A stretch of 64,000 nucleotides of DNA from Antedon mediterranea (taxonomy: Eukaryota > Animalia > Echinodermata): positions 6,510,001-6,574,000 of the forward strand of contig NC_092673.1 of the NCBI RefSeq assembly GCF_964355755.1, written 5' to 3'. The position numbers and the translations under genes were made by a program. Below are positions 25,701 to 41,300 of the stretch, in pieces. Positions within the stretch are counted from its first letter, which is position 1; each line of letters opens with the position of its first letter. Under the pieces are notes generated by a model, which did not search any database, had not been told where the DNA came from, and saw only the letters and a program-made list of their open reading frames with translations.

Positions 25701-28700
25701 AAAATGTTTTGCAATTTTGCTCATTAATTTGTTAAATATTAATCAATTATAGACATATCTGTTTATTGAGTATACATTATGAAGCTGCTATGAGATAAAC
25801 AACATTCCTACCACATTAAAACAAATATCAACTATATAGTATCAACAAACTACCAACGTAACCGTGTCTCATTGTGTATACGACACCCAGTTTCTGACTA
25901 CGATGTTGACGTTAGAGTACGAAGATAGTTTTGGCGTTTAATTTTCTTGTATTTTTCATTATAACCCACTATTTTCTAAATTCTAAAAACTAACAAAATA
26001 AAAATACACAAAACTTACATGCAATGAAGCGCGTAGAAGTTATTTACAACGTAACAGTTGAAACAACGTAACAGAGGGACACGAAAAGTCTCTACCGCTG
26101 TAACTCGAAATTAGCGCGGATCCTAGCGATGATTTTTTCGCCGAGACTTTAGTTCGCCTGCTTCTTGAATCACGTGACCTTCAACTTCAGAAATAGCTCT
26201 CGCGGCGTTTACCACCGATGGTCTATGAATAACTACGTAACGAATATACGAGACACGAAATGTTCTAAAAAAATAGTTTTTCGTCTGTAACTGACTAAAT
26301 AAAATCGCCATTTTGTAGAACATTGTGTAAGGTAAATTTCAGTGATCTGTTGTAGTGAATGTAATTCGATTTTCGTCATTATAGTGGTACTTCTTGTGTC
26401 TGTTCACTAATAAAGATCGTACTAACAACGTAACAAAGTGAGACACGAAATGTTACGTTGTGATGCTGGACGTCGCGGACCGTTGTGTGGAAAACAAAAA
26501 ATCGTGGGAAATTGTAATTAGCTTATATTTAACGTTGCTTTGTACTCTATTGTGATGATAAATAAATACAAAATAACTATTGCTGTAGTATATTTTTTAA
26601 ACTCTGATGTCAGTGTATTTAAATGTCACACATATTTTAATAAAATGAGCTAGACACCACGATATATTTTTTTTAAAAATCGTTTTTTTTTGCAATTTTT
26701 TTTTTCCAACATGTAATAGTATTAACCCATATTATTGTTCTATCATATGATAAAATCATTTTTTAAATAACTATTACCAATTTAGAGTAAACAGCAAACT
26801 AACTATCACCAATACTAAAATACCCACTGGCCCCTTAATTTATGGAAACACCCAATTAGAAGATTTTAAAGGTACCAATATCTGCTGAGCCCAACCATTA
26901 ATGACATACTGTACCATTTAAAGATGGATGAGTGCTACCCCAACCTTTAGCCCAAACATTAAAAGATGTGTTCATGCCTACAGTCATTTATATATATTTT
27001 TTTATTTACTGTACTGTAGTTTGAATGTTTGCTAACTTTTTATATTTTTAATATGTACTGAGAAATCTGAAATAAAGTTTAAAAATAACTATGGCGTTTT
27101 TGCAATCTGCATTTTTAATAGGTTTTTATTCAGTATTTAACATAAGGCCCATAAATAGTAGTATTAACAATGCTTTTTTGCAATTTGATGTATTTTTTTG
27201 TTGTAAAATAATAAATTATAAAACCGATGAACATAATTTAAATTTAGTGCACGAAATAAAAATTAAATCATGCTATTAAAAACAAAACGAATTTCCCTTT
27301 TATAAAGTGGACCAATAACATTTCTTGAATCTTTTTGAATCATATCATATCATCTCAATTTTGTAAACAAACAATTTTTGTACTGTATAGCTTTTCGATT
27401 ATTTTTACTTTCTTGAAACATTATGACTTGTTGTTATTGATATAAATAAAAATTGAAATTTCACTATTTTCATGAATATGAATTTGTAACAAATTTATAG
27501 AAAATTGAATTCTTACTTTAAAACCATAATAAAATATGTTGATTTCAGAATGATAAACTGTACAGTGCATGTAGTACAAGACTTGTTTTATTAGTGTTAG
27601 TAAAATAGTTATAGTTTTTCCAATAAAAGAATACATACAGGAATAGGCTTGACAATAATTATTCCATATTATTTTGAGTATATTGATTTATAAATTATTT
27701 CATAATAATTTTTCCAAATTATTTCAAACAACCATACATTAATAATTTGTCTATGCATTAATAATTTTCCCATGACTATGTTTAAATTTACCATAAATAA
27801 ATATTAAAGAGGAAATAATTGAGAGCCCTCGCAACTCATTAGTTCATCTAGGTTTAGTTTGCCTGGTAACTTTTGAATTTGATACTATTAGTATTATGTT
27901 CAGAAATATGTAATTTGAATGATTTTTTGTAATTTGTAATAACCACGTCACGTTTTACTTACTGAAGATTTGATACTATTAAGAACCAAAACACTATTGG
28001 CTATGTTCAGACAGGCAGATCTACAGAGTTTTAATGTTTTTTTGTATTGTAAAATTATGTCACATTTTATTTACTGAAGATTTGATACTATTATAAAGAA
28101 CCAAAACACTAAGGCTATGTTCAGACAGGCACATCTACAGAGTTTTAATGTTTTCTTGTATTGTAAAATTATGTCACATTTTATTTACTGAAGATTTGAT
28201 ACTATTAAGAACCAAAACACTAAGGCTATGTTCAGACAGGCAGATCTACATAGTTTTAATGTTTTTTTGTATTGTAAAATTATGTCACATTTTATTTAAT
28301 ACTGAAGATTTGATACTATTATAAAGAACCAAAACACTAAGGCTATGTTCAGACAGGCAGATCTACAGAGTTTTAATGTTTTTTGTATTGTACAGTACTG
28401 TAAAAACATTTCATGTTTTGTTAAAACAATGTACAGTAATGTGTTCACATTGTGTAGTGATTGTTGTTACACAGAACAATAACATTCACTTTTTAAGAAT
28501 AATCAATTATAATTAATTTATTGACACATACAGTAATGCCCCCCCCCCCCCCCCCCCCCGTTTGTACCTTCAATCCAAGGCCTAAAGTAGGAGAAATTAT
28601 AAAAACAACCACCCAGACTGGAAAATGGGATTCAAGCTTACCACCTACTGTCTTGTACTGCACAGTACCACCCAGAAAATAGTACTATCCTATGTACAGT

Positions 28701-29304
28701 AAATCTTTACAGTACCACACAGACAAACAACTAGTACATAACCCTAGCACTGAATCTAACCCAATGGAGTAGTTGCCCTAAGTAATTTTCCTAGAAATAG
28801 GTAATATTTTTCCTACTTTAGAGGTCAATAAGATACTTGTCCATGGGGGTACTATAGTTATCCATGGGGTACAGTAGTTGTCCAAGATAGTTGTCGGAAG
28901 GGGATTATTCCAGGGGATAAGTTGTCCAGATACGGATAACTCAACATCATTCATTCTTATCTGCTGTATAGTATCTAGGTCGTCATATTTAACAAAAGGT
29001 TAACTAACTTATTGAACTACGATACCTACAGTACTGTACTATATCCCGTATATCAAGAGCTCCTTTAATATTACTTTGTGCATCAGCTTATTAAATTATA
29101 TTGCCTTTTTTATTTCAGTACACTGAAGAAAAATTAGGCAGTGCTGAGAAGACGGAACTAGATGCACATTTTGAAAATCTACAGCAACGAGCTGATAGAA
29201 CTAGAATATGGACCGAAAAAATTGTGGGCCGGACAGAAGCGGTTTTGCAACCCAACCCAAGTAAGTTTTTAGTAATTTGAATTAATTATTTAGAAAATGA
29301 TAAC

Positions 29305-29335
<31 letters not shown>

Positions 29336-32300
29336 GTACGAGTATAAAACATTTTTTTTTATAATTGTAGATCTTCGTGTAGAAGACTTTTTCAACTCAA
29401 AGCTAGACAGACGACCAAAGGAAAGGGAAACGAATTATGAGCTTCTTGGAATGGCAATGATTGAATCCGGAAATGATCTTGGCCCAGGAACTCAGTATGG
29501 TATGTGTGTATTTATGAACGTTAATTAAAGGACAACTTTACTGGTAAACATTTGACAATGTATTTCAGAACAATTTTGCAAGATTTACTATTTTCCTGCA
29601 CGCACTTTTAAAAAAATAATTTTTTTTTTTACAATTTGCTGTAAATTTCTGTGACCTCAGGTGTGCATATGAAAATAATCTACCCATTGAGTTTTTACAT
29701 ACAAGAGTAGAAGGTATCCGTCAATTGCTAATTTCATCTGTATGTAGGCTTAAATTAGCCAGTGTTTAGTCTGTTATTGAAAAAAAAAGACTCTTTATAA
29801 TCCAGATAGGCTAAAGAAAGAAAAACAAATTTCAAAATTTAAATTTAAAAAATGATTTAATCAACTTGTTTTGATACATTCAGAAATTGGCTTCAAATTC
29901 AAAACAACTATTGTTTTTAAAGCCATCAGAAAGGATTTATAACAATCGAGGAATTAGCATAAAGCTAAACACAATAGTAACTACTTCCTGAGTTTTGATA
30001 TGATATCAGTACTACCAGACATTTAGCTTACATTTCTTATCTACTTTATTACTCTTACATTTTCAAGTTGTGAACTCAGATGTAAACACTTTTCAACTAC
30101 ATGCTTCTCCCCTAAGGGTCACATACATCACAAGTGCAGCCAATAGAGGCACTCTCTCATCTGTCCACAACAGTGGCCGTGTGATGTGTGAACTAGTACA
30201 CCCGGGTAACCCCTACGCATATCGAAATGTACTAGGTTCTTTAAAGTGCAGATGCAGCTCATTAATTTTGTATAACTGGACCTATATGGTTTATAGTCCT
30301 TATCTGAGAAGAAGGTTCTACCACCAGAACCAGGGAGCGAGTGAGTCTGATCCCTTGCCAATATTATGACTATGGATTTAGTTCCACTGTCAACTGCTTC
30401 ACCACTCACTCATACCCATACAGTACTTGCATTCCACAGTTTAATTTGTTGTTAATAATATTTAATATTTTAGTATCACTTATCACAGCAATTAATATTG
30501 TTCATAAAATAAAAAATAAAAATCGGCTAATATGTTTCATGTCTTTTGACCAGGTCAGTAAAGCTTTTTAACTGATAGATTATTGACAATAATAATGCAT
30601 ACATTGTTAGCAAATTTATTATTCAAGAGCAGAGTCAGATTTTATTATTTACGCCTGACCAGCAAGAATAAATTATCGATGGCGTGACCTGAAATTTCAT
30701 CCGGTTTTTGTTTGTCATCAATATTGCTTTAAATCTGTTTTTGTTACCATTAATTAATTTGTTTGTCAGGTTGAATAGGTAGTTTTTCAAACAATAAATC
30801 TATTGCTATAGGTAAAGTATGTATGTAATAGTTCAGGATAACATTCCGTACCATACAGATTTCAGCATAACAAATCAATCGCATTTTGATGTTATCACAG
30901 GATTTAATGAAAAGATATTATTTAACAGCTGTAAATAGTGCTAAAAGAAGTTTTTTTGTGGGTTATAATTTGATAAATTCAAAATGTATTGTTTCCCAAA
31001 AACAATTTATGAAATAAAAAGGTTAAATTCAACCAAAAGCCCATTAACTTCCTATCAATTGACTGTAGTGTTAAAAAATATATTTTCCCTAATCCTTTTC
31101 ATCTTGTTTATTCAGCCTATATTAGGATTAGCTAATTAACATACTCATATTTAATGACATCCTCTACTGTATCTACTGGCCATTGTTATTGCATTGAATC
31201 AAGTTTGTAGTCACTCAATAATCAATACTTGTTTTAACACCAAATTTCACTCAATCAACTGCCTTTTGAATACACTATGAATTATTGTATAATAATTTAA
31301 GGGACCAACTCAGCAGTTCATTATTTTATAAAAAACTATTGAGATTAATATGATAATAATTAATTATTTAGAGGGGATTTCATATCAAGATGAGTGTTAT
31401 CAGTTATCTTTGCTTGTCAAACTGTCTATAGTGGTAGTCATGTGTTATTGATTTTTACTACTGTCAATGAACATGCTAACTGTTTGATACACCGTCTATG
31501 TCAACATTTTTCCTTTAAACACTATGTGTACACCCTAACCCTTTCACCTGGGAGGTAACCTGCTTTCACATTGTCACTAAAAACCATGCACTTTCGCCTG
31601 GAGTGGAAGGAAGGTAAAATACTTCCTTGCTTTCATATTGACACTAAAGACCACGCATCAACCTTGCCTAGACACCATGTGCATCTACCTAAACACCATT
31701 TATGCCACATTTGCGTAGATGCCATGTTGTTGCTTTATCTATACACTATGTGTACACCTTTGACACTTTCGCCTGGAGTGGAAGGAAGGTAAAATACTTC
31801 CTTGCTTTCATATTGACACTAAAGACCATGCATCAACCTTGCCTAGACACCATGTGCATCTACCTAAACACCATTTATGTCACATTTGCCTAGATGCCAT
31901 GTTGTTCCTTTATTTAAACACCATGTACTGTATGCATAGCAGCATGTGTTCTATAATAAACCTTTTCTATATAATGTGTGAGTTTTGTACACCTTGTGTT
32001 ACTGTTAGTTACAACCTATTCCAATGTTCCACAAGAAAAGTAATATGGGCACCCACACAAATAAAATCCTGCGTCGGCCCTGTATTGATAGCATATTATA
32101 ACTTTTATTTCATTTTTATTTTGTGTATTAGGAGCATCACTGGTGAAGTGTGGTACAACACAGAAGAAGCTAGGCCAATTAGAAAAGGATTTAGTACAGA
32201 CTTCTATTACAAATTATATGGCACCACTCAGAAACTTCCTGGAGACGGATATGAAGACAATTCTGGTATGTACAGACAGTATTAATTTATTGCTCAATCA

Positions 32301-35300
32301 TTAGGAATCTTTATTTAATTGAGGGGAGTTAATATAATTCCTCATCATCATATAATTATTAAAAATTGTCCTAGATAGAATATAATCGGAGCAAACTAAT
32401 GGTTTGATTTTTTTTGTTCAACTATGTGCAATCTACTTTATGATAATGTAATCTGAATATGTTTGAGGCTTCTTTTAACAAGAAAGGTTTAGCAACGCTT
32501 ATAAAAAAGAATAAAGATCTTTAAGGTAAGTTTGGAGAACAGATTTAAACTGTCCAAATGTTAAATGAATTTTTACCATAAGGTTGTGCATTCCAAAGTA
32601 AAGGTGCTGTAATAGTTGGAATATGCCAAGTTTGTTTTCATGTCATATTGAGAATTCTACCATAACTAACTTAATGTACTTTTACTGAATACTACTTAAC
32701 ATAGATATCCTACAGTATTAAACAAAAGGAAACAACAATTAAAACATTCGTGTACAAATGGTCGTATCAGATACCGTTACATAGGCAGTTTAATTACTGT
32801 CGTCTGTAATTTGATACATACTACTTGACTTGGCGGGATAAAAATGTTCAAAAAAATAAATTGTTATTAAGAGTCAATAATTGTATTTATTTTCATGCTT
32901 TCTTGCTATAGAAATAATGAAAAGTCGTGGTTGAATGTTCTCATTCTTATCATAATGAATGGTCAATTTAAAATTAAACAAAACTATTTTTAATTCATAT
33001 GAAAATGAAGCTAATGCAGCAGTGACACAACACCATAAAACAAAACTCATACCAAAAGAAAAGAAATAAAATAAAAACCCAATTTAAATACCAAAATAAA
33101 CTGCAACAATTGTGATTTTTTTATGATTTTCCCCCAAACTTAAATTACTTTGAAACTACTGTAGAAATAATTATGTTTGTCATTTAATAGGAGAAAAGAG
33201 TACAGTACTTCTAGAGTTTAATTCTGCATTTATTTACACTAAGCTATACACACAATTGAAATGGCTCAATTTAATTTAAATTAGACATTGTAACTTTATT
33301 ATTCCGCCTTTATTATTAGAATTGCTCCATAATTTGAAATTTAAATGTAAACATTGTCAGAACGTTTCTTGGAGATCGTTAGTACTTATCTTAGAACATG
33401 TTGCAGTAGCTAGGACTATAGCAATTTTCTCTTTAGCAATTAATTGTTCTGTCTAAATTGCAATTAAATAGCCATATAGTATAATGATATTACGTTCAAT
33501 ATTACATTTATTTATCAATGTATATAAATGCAGATGTTTCAGACATTTAGAAACATTGAGAGAGAACATAATAATAATAATAATAATAATAGTTCATTCT
33601 TATATAGCGCATATAAGCAAGCTCTCAATGCTTAACATTTAATTACCCCAGTCATTTTTTTGGATCAAACACGTATGGATATATACTTCCATAATGCAGC
33701 TAGTAATCAGCGCAAAGTTGTGTCTTGATCTAAACCGGGTACCCATATACACCTGGGTGAAGAGAGGCAAACGTAAGTAAGTATCTTGCCTACGGATACA
33801 AGCAATGCGGCGAGAGTTGGATTCGAACCTCAGTCTCACAAACAGTAGTCCAACGTCCAACACACTGCGCCACACGCCCTCACATAAACAGATTAGATTA
33901 TCTTGTCGTGTTAAGTTAGTCCCTAGAAAAAAGAAACGAAAGAGACATGTTTTAATTTATATATTTGTTACAACATTCTAGTTGTAGCCTAATCTTACCA
34001 TTTGATTGGTGAACCTTGTATCGCATGCCATGCATTATTTTCTTCCATTTCAATGACTATTGCACACTTTAGCATTTTAACAAAATATTTGAAAATTGTT
34101 GCTGATTATTTTGATAATACAATTTTACTCAGTGATTTATAAAAGGGATAATGATTTGTTTGAGGAGGAGATTATATTTTTATTTGAACCGACACTCCTA
34201 TCAACTCAGTTTTGAATAGAGCAGTCAATCTTTCAACTCGTGTAAATATTCTTCCTGTTTTCCAATATATAAACATTTTTTATTCTTAATGAAATCTAAT
34301 CGCAAAGAGATTATGTTTCCTTGGTTATCTGATGTTGCAATCAATTAAAATATGATGAATATATCTTCTTCTATTCCCTACAGGATTGTTATCATTTTAT
34401 CTGGGCAAGTTTTTTATTGGTGTAGGATTGTTATATTGTAAGAATTTATTGTCAGTAATTTAAATAGGTTTGCATTCATACAGTACTCTTTAAATTTCCT
34501 GTCTCTTCCTCACAGGATTGCAATCATTTTAAATTGGTGTAGGATTGTTATACTGTACACTCTTATAATTTTCCGGGGTGCTATCACAACTTGATTTGGG
34601 AGAATATTTCAGGAGTTGAAAGATTGACGGTTATATTTACTAGGGCGGAGCTGAGTTAAATATAACAGTCAATTGGCATAGTTGACTGGGCTATTTTGAG
34701 AAGGTTACTGTATGATCAGCAGATATAGCTCCTCAAACGTTTATATGACAATGTGGAATTTTTATTCATACAATACTGTAGAATTGTGAAGTCTTTAAGA
34801 TTCAAGATTTAATTGCAGACCATTGATAAAGTTAAGGGTATATAGTGGTGTGTGTGTGTGCTCAAGAAAGCAGAACGAAAATGGATAGTATTACACTAAG
34901 TAGAATTACAGTATAATGTGATTGTGACTTCCTTCATCGATAAATAGGACATTTTACAGTGTGTTTAATATACATGTACAGTAGCAAAATATAGATCTGA
35001 GCTTGCATTTTACTTATCAAATATTAAATTAAACTATAATAAAGTTTTAAATCAATATCTTTCGGTCATAATAATAGTGTCTACATGTCTGTACCATTCC
35101 CTATCTTTCGGTCATAATAATAGTGTCTACATGTCTGTACCATTCCCTATCTTTTGGTCATAATAATAGTGTCTACATGTCTGTACCATTCCCGCAGACG
35201 ACACGATGAACTAGTAATTTATTTTACTTTGCCATCCCATTCTTAAACGTGACTAATCTGTTACATTTATATTGCATTATTTATGCCTTTGATATTTAAG

Positions 35301-38300
35301 TAAAAGCTATTTACAATAATGTACTGTAATATAATAAATCATTTTAACTTTGAATTTCTATCAAAACAGGATAACTAAAGCTGTATTTAATTCCAACCCT
35401 TTTAAAATTCAGATATAAACTCTAAGATGGCTGTATCTCTTACTCAGTTTTTACTACACTAAGTACTTTATGTACAGTATGTACATTTTAGCACCAATAT
35501 AGTTTTATTGACATATCGTTCACATATTGTGTGTCGTTTTTATGTTTCAGAAAGAAAAGAAAATTCTAGAAACAAAAAGGCTTGACCTGGATGCGTGTAA
35601 GAGTAAAGTGCGGAAAGCTAAATCCGCAGAAGGTCAAAGAACGGTAGGTACAAACAATATTTGAGAAATTCTAAATCTGTGTATAATGTTGTATTCATAG
35701 TTTTTTACTGCTTTTTTATTAGCTTCTCTCCATTGTTTCCAAATAAGTAATATGTAGAAAAATATTTTATTTAATAATTGTATTTTGCATGTTTCTTCCC
35801 TCCCCCCCCCCCTTCTTTAATATACCCAATCATGGCCAAAACATTTACAAAAAAGAAAACCTTTTTAGGCCTGCTCATCTTAATTAAATAATCTTTAATA
35901 AAAGAAATGAATTGAAGTCAACAGTATGAAAAATATTAATATCATATCAATATTTATATGAAAATATAGATGATATTGAGAATTGTTATCAATTGTCTTT
36001 TTATTTATTTTTTTTTTGTTTTTTGTGGGATGAATACATGATAATTAGCAATTAAATTCTAGAAACTTGGTATGGTGTACTGTGGTTTTTACTCCACATA
36101 GAATATGCATGTCTATCTTTGGTAAAAAGAATGACCCATTATTTAAACTTTTTATATCGTCTGAGTTTCCTTAATTTACCTACCAATATTTTGATAATGC
36201 CATCATCCTTATTTTATGGTGTTGTTCATGACATTGACTAACAGATGTCATGTGAATAGTGGTTTGGAATTGTACACTCATGACATTGTAGTATCATGTG
36301 ATCACATTTGTTGTAAACAACAATGACATACCGTAATTCTAGGGATTCTCATTTTTCCAGATTTCAATCAATCTTATGCCACGTTTACACAAAACATTTG
36401 CTTGCATTTTTTTTTTCTTTTTTTTTTTTCATCATAGATAGACATACAGTACTATTACTGATAGCTCTGTCTACACTATCAAAGTAGTTTGACAAAAAGT
36501 GTTATGTTCCCAAATATGGTAGTGATATGCTCAAATATGGTAGTGATATGCTCAAATATGGTAGTGATATGACATCATGTTCATATACAATATGAGCAAT
36601 TTTCACATACAAATTGATAGTCCAGACAGAGCTTTAGGGGTGGGGGGGGGGGGGGGATGGGGAGTGGGAACATTCCTGTAGACCAGGGGGAAATATAATT
36701 TAACACTAGAAATAATGCCTGTTTATTCAGGTAACTTTGTTGGACCCCGAAGGTGTCTACTTATATGACTGGTGCAACTTCATTTATACATTGGTACATT
36801 TTTATTAATCATATAATTTTTTTTAACCATCATGGTCAGCATCAACATCATGCCTTAATAATGTTTAGATATTTATTTGATTTGTTATGAAAAACATTTA
36901 TTTCATTTCAAATACAGTACTGTACAGTATCAATCATTCAAAAGGTCATAGACGTGTACTTCGGTAAAATGAAGATCAAATTATTTGAGAAATTACAGTT
37001 AGTGTGCATCATTTGCGATATAGTGTATAGAGATATGGGAACTTATTTAATACAGTTTTGACCTACTTTATAAATCCTAAACACCATGCTTATACTTGTA
37101 TAATGCTGAGAATTGTGAAAAGTGTAATTTATGGATAGTGAGGGAATTATGAATTATAGTTATTTGACTGTTAGTGTAGTGTAAAGTGTTATGGCAGCTT
37201 ATGGGATAGTTTGTGATCCTCATTGTCAAGTATAGAGGCAGAGATACAGCTAGAGTGGGTATACAAAATATCCATACAGTAGGTGTCTTGGATGGGTGCT
37301 ATGTTGAAATTGGTGGGAGGAACTTTCTTTCAGTACATCTTATCTATCATTACAAACTTGTTTAGTATAAATTATTACAACAATATACGTACAGTATTAT
37401 TATATTTTTTAATCACCCTTTTGCTTGATACTAGATCATATATCAAAGATAATCATTACAATCTTTAATAAAGAATTCTTTTTATTAAGAATTAAACATA
37501 AATATCTGGTATCTTCTTTTCGATTTTTAAAATTTAATCAGCCTTGCACTGGGTGACCATCATTGCACTGGGTGACCATAATTGCACTCATTATTTCTAT
37601 TGTCATTTATATTGTCACCATCTATTTTTACCATTATCCTCATTATTATCATCATTTCCTTCTATTGTCACCATATTTTTTTAATTATTATTATGGTTAT
37701 TGTTACCATAGTATATCCATTATTGTCAAAAAGAGGATGCCTTATTTCCATCATTGCTCTTATTGTCACAAAGTGTGACCATTCTCATCAGTCCTCATTG
37801 CCCTCATCACCATTGCCCTTATTTTCACCATTGCCCTCATTGCTACAATTACCATCATTGTTATCCCTTATTGTGACCATACCCGTTACCCACCATTGCC
37901 TTCATTGTCACCAACTCCCATTGTTGCCATTACTTTTATTGTCACCATTATCCACATCACCATGTCATTGTCAAGATTGCCCTTCAACATCACCACCAAT
38001 CCTGGTTTGTATGCAGCTTAGAATACTGTGGTAAATTGTAGTATTATGAATAGTATGAATTTTATCATTTTTTTCAAAATATAAAATTAATCTACATTTA
38101 ATTGAAATAAAATCTAATTTCATTGTGTCTTTAGCCTAACAATGAGGATTTGATTTATAATGTAAGTGGCATACAATTTTTATGTTTATTTTAAAAAACT
38201 TTTTATTTTTTAATTTCAAGTATATTTTTAATATTGTTTAATTCTTCTATGTACAGTATTCTAACCTTTTTATTGATATCTATTGGTTATTTAATTTGTT

Positions 38301-41300
38301 TGTATAATAACTACAACTACAGTAGTTTAACAGTATCTTCATGTGATTTCAGTATTATGTGTTGTTTATATCAGAACCGCTTTATACAGTTTATTCATTT
38401 TTGGTATTCAACTGTGAAAACTATTATTGTTCACAACAATTAACTTTTGACCATCGACTTTAAAACCATGTTATGGTTTCATGTAGTGGATTGCTACAGT
38501 AGTGAAAACATTTTTAGCACATGGCTATTATTTCAGTTAGGATTTGGAACCATAGAATTTGGAGGGCGAATGTACAGTATTGTACTTCTATTTCATTCTT
38601 TAGTTGAGTACTGTTGCTGTAAAATGTGTTTATTATTATAGATGTTTTGTACCCGTATGTACAGTATTCTGTGATGATTTCTTTTTGTTTTTTTACATTT
38701 TTGTTTTTTTAGTGTTTTTAATATGAATGCATATTTTGTTGTTGTGTGTCTGACTGATTATCTGTATAGTTATTACCATTTGAAAATAATATAGTAACTG
38801 TAACTTTGTTTCAGTTTCAAAATTCTGTAATATACCTCCTCCTTCAAAAATTAAAGATGTATTGTCCCTCAAAAACATGAAAAATGAAGATTAATTAAAT
38901 CAGACTTATTTTGTAGTTTTAATAAAGTTAATACTTCAATAGAAACAAAAACGAAAAAAAAATCACGTTTTCACATAAAATGACAAAATAAATGTTAAAA
39001 TTCAACCAAAAATCCATTGGCTGGCAGCCAATTTGACCATTTTTTGCTTTAAATTACATTTTATCAGGTAAATACATTTTTTTCGATCCAATTTTAGGTC
39101 AATAAAGGTGGATAACTATTACGTTACAAATAAAATGCAATATTCAACAAAAATGTTTTCAAGAATTATTTTTTCAGGGGGACAATACATCTTTAAACAT
39201 TAACAATCAATAGCATTAACTTGAACAAAATATTTTTAGATAGATATTTTGCATTACTGTGTTTTCTGTTGTAATTTATTCATATTTTAGAGACAGTAAT
39301 GTAGTTGAATGCATTAATGTAGTTGTTATTGTGACTTTGATTAATGGCTCAATATTGTCTGTCTGATTGTTCAATTTGATAAGTCAGTATTTTGCTAGAA
39401 TGTAATTATTAATGGTGATTGCTTTTTGTATATTAATATGACTATGACTACTGTATATGATGAGTAATGTATTGTTGACAGTGTCAGTCACATTCACGGT
39501 TGAACTTTGATACTGGTTGAATTGGTTTTTGTGAGTGGATGTTACCCAAGGATCCTTAATAATTAATTGAGCCCTAGACCAGGCCTTTAAGCACGACCCT
39601 GGACCACAACCCCACTTGTCAGAGCCTACCTGCAGCCATCATTGTCATTCGGTACAACCATCATTGTAGCCATATTGTCATATGTTTTAATTTAATACAG
39701 AACTACCATAATTGACAACCACCGCCATTGTCATGTACATTGTATCACGTAAAACAAAGTGCTCGTATTCTGCCACCACCATTGTCATCACCATTGTCAT
39801 TATACACAGTATAACCACCATCATTGTCATCTGCCACCATTGTCATCTTCCACCATTGTCATCTCCATTGTCATTATACACAGTACAACCACCATCATTG
39901 TCATCTGCCACCATTGTCATCTGCCACCATTGTCATCTGCCACCATTGTCATCTGCCACCATTGTCATCTTCCACCATTGTCATCTCCATTGTCATTATA
40001 CACAGTACAACCACCATCATTGTCATCTGCCACCATTGTCATCTGCCACCATTGTCATCTGCCACCATTGTCATCGCCATTGTCATACTCACGTACGTAC
40101 CAGCATTGTCAATCATCTACCACCATTGTCATAGTTACACACATTATGAAGTACAACCACCACCTTGATCACTATACAGTATATAACCATAATTTTCATC
40201 ATTATAATTGGTTTTATTTTTTGTTGACAATGACAATATTGCATCATACTGTAGTGCAGGACATAATGTCCGGGATCTTCCTCTTCTATTTTTTTCGATC
40301 GTGTCATATTACTTTTAATTGTAATGGATTCTTTCTCCTTGACCAGATCTCAACCTTTTTTTGTATATACAAAGGTACATGAATGCATTTGACATTTGTA
40401 CAAGTTCATTTTGTTTATAAACTGAAATCCAAGTTAATTAAGTTTGTTTACAGTATATCATGGAAAGAATACAATCTACTATTGTGTCTCTAGAATTTAT
40501 TTCCACAGATTAGTACTGTGCTATAAATAATACAGGCTGAGGTTTTGTATACAAGAATTTGATTCATGTTTATCGAAGAAAGATTGAAATATAGTTTTGA
40601 TAATGTTGGAACTTTGATCTTTTTGGATCGATAGTGATCCAGCAACAGTATTGTTCAAAACAATTTGAGTGTGAGGTCACATTGAAATGGAGTTAAATGT
40701 ACAGTATAGTGTGTAAAGTCCTGTGTTCAATTCAAGATGATTCTGTCAAATTGGTATTACATTTAAAGGAAACAAATTTGTCCAGAGTATTACTGTACAC
40801 TACTGTATATAATTTTGTAGTTCAATGATAACAGTTGTTTGTGTTGTACAATCGGTAAACGATTGTGTAGTTTGTTGTCATCATCACTTTGTATTCAAGA
40901 TCTGTTGTTTTGTTGGCTTCTATTGGCATGTTGCCCTATTCCTAAATGTATTCCTATTTAATAAATTTTACATATTATTTTAAAGAAGTAGGTGATGGCC
41001 TATCGGTGTTCTAATTTATAGTAGACCCTTCACTCTAATTTGGTTTTAGAGATTTTGTTTTTAGGAATTTTTTAATGATACTGATTCATAATAAATGAAT
41101 TAATTTTATTTATTGTATTCTATAGGTGGAGTAGGTCAATATTATTTATCAATAATAATTTTATTTGTGGGTTTTCTTGGTGTAAATTTACAAAATATTT
41201 GTTGTTTGCTTTCGGACCAATGATTCAAAAAATGGAATATATGAAGAAAAATGGTAATGGAATTTTTTGTAGTTTCTGGTGAAAGTGAACATAGTTTCCT

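Larger units (their letters stand above)
20411..26853. mobile_element. 6.4-kb composite non-autonomous DNA transposon (Sola-like) with nested insertions
   Basis: TIR GGGTGTTTCCATAAAT(A/T)AAGGGGCCA at both ends, AATT 4-bp TSD on both sides; subterminal motif TTTCACGTGTAAC(G/A)GAGACACCAAA repeated at about 20601, 20975 and 21175. GRG ends with a 4-bp AWWT TSD fit Sola. Confidence 0.7.

Noticed and set aside
33800-33880. tRNA gene
   Set aside because: The A and B boxes are followed by a SINE body and L2-type tail, so this is a SINE head rather than a cloverleaf tRNA.
40347-40374. Candidate cassette micro-exon in endophilin intron 5, where vertebrate neuronal inserts occur
   Set aside because: 28 nt would shift the frame, the donor is weak and there is no homology support.
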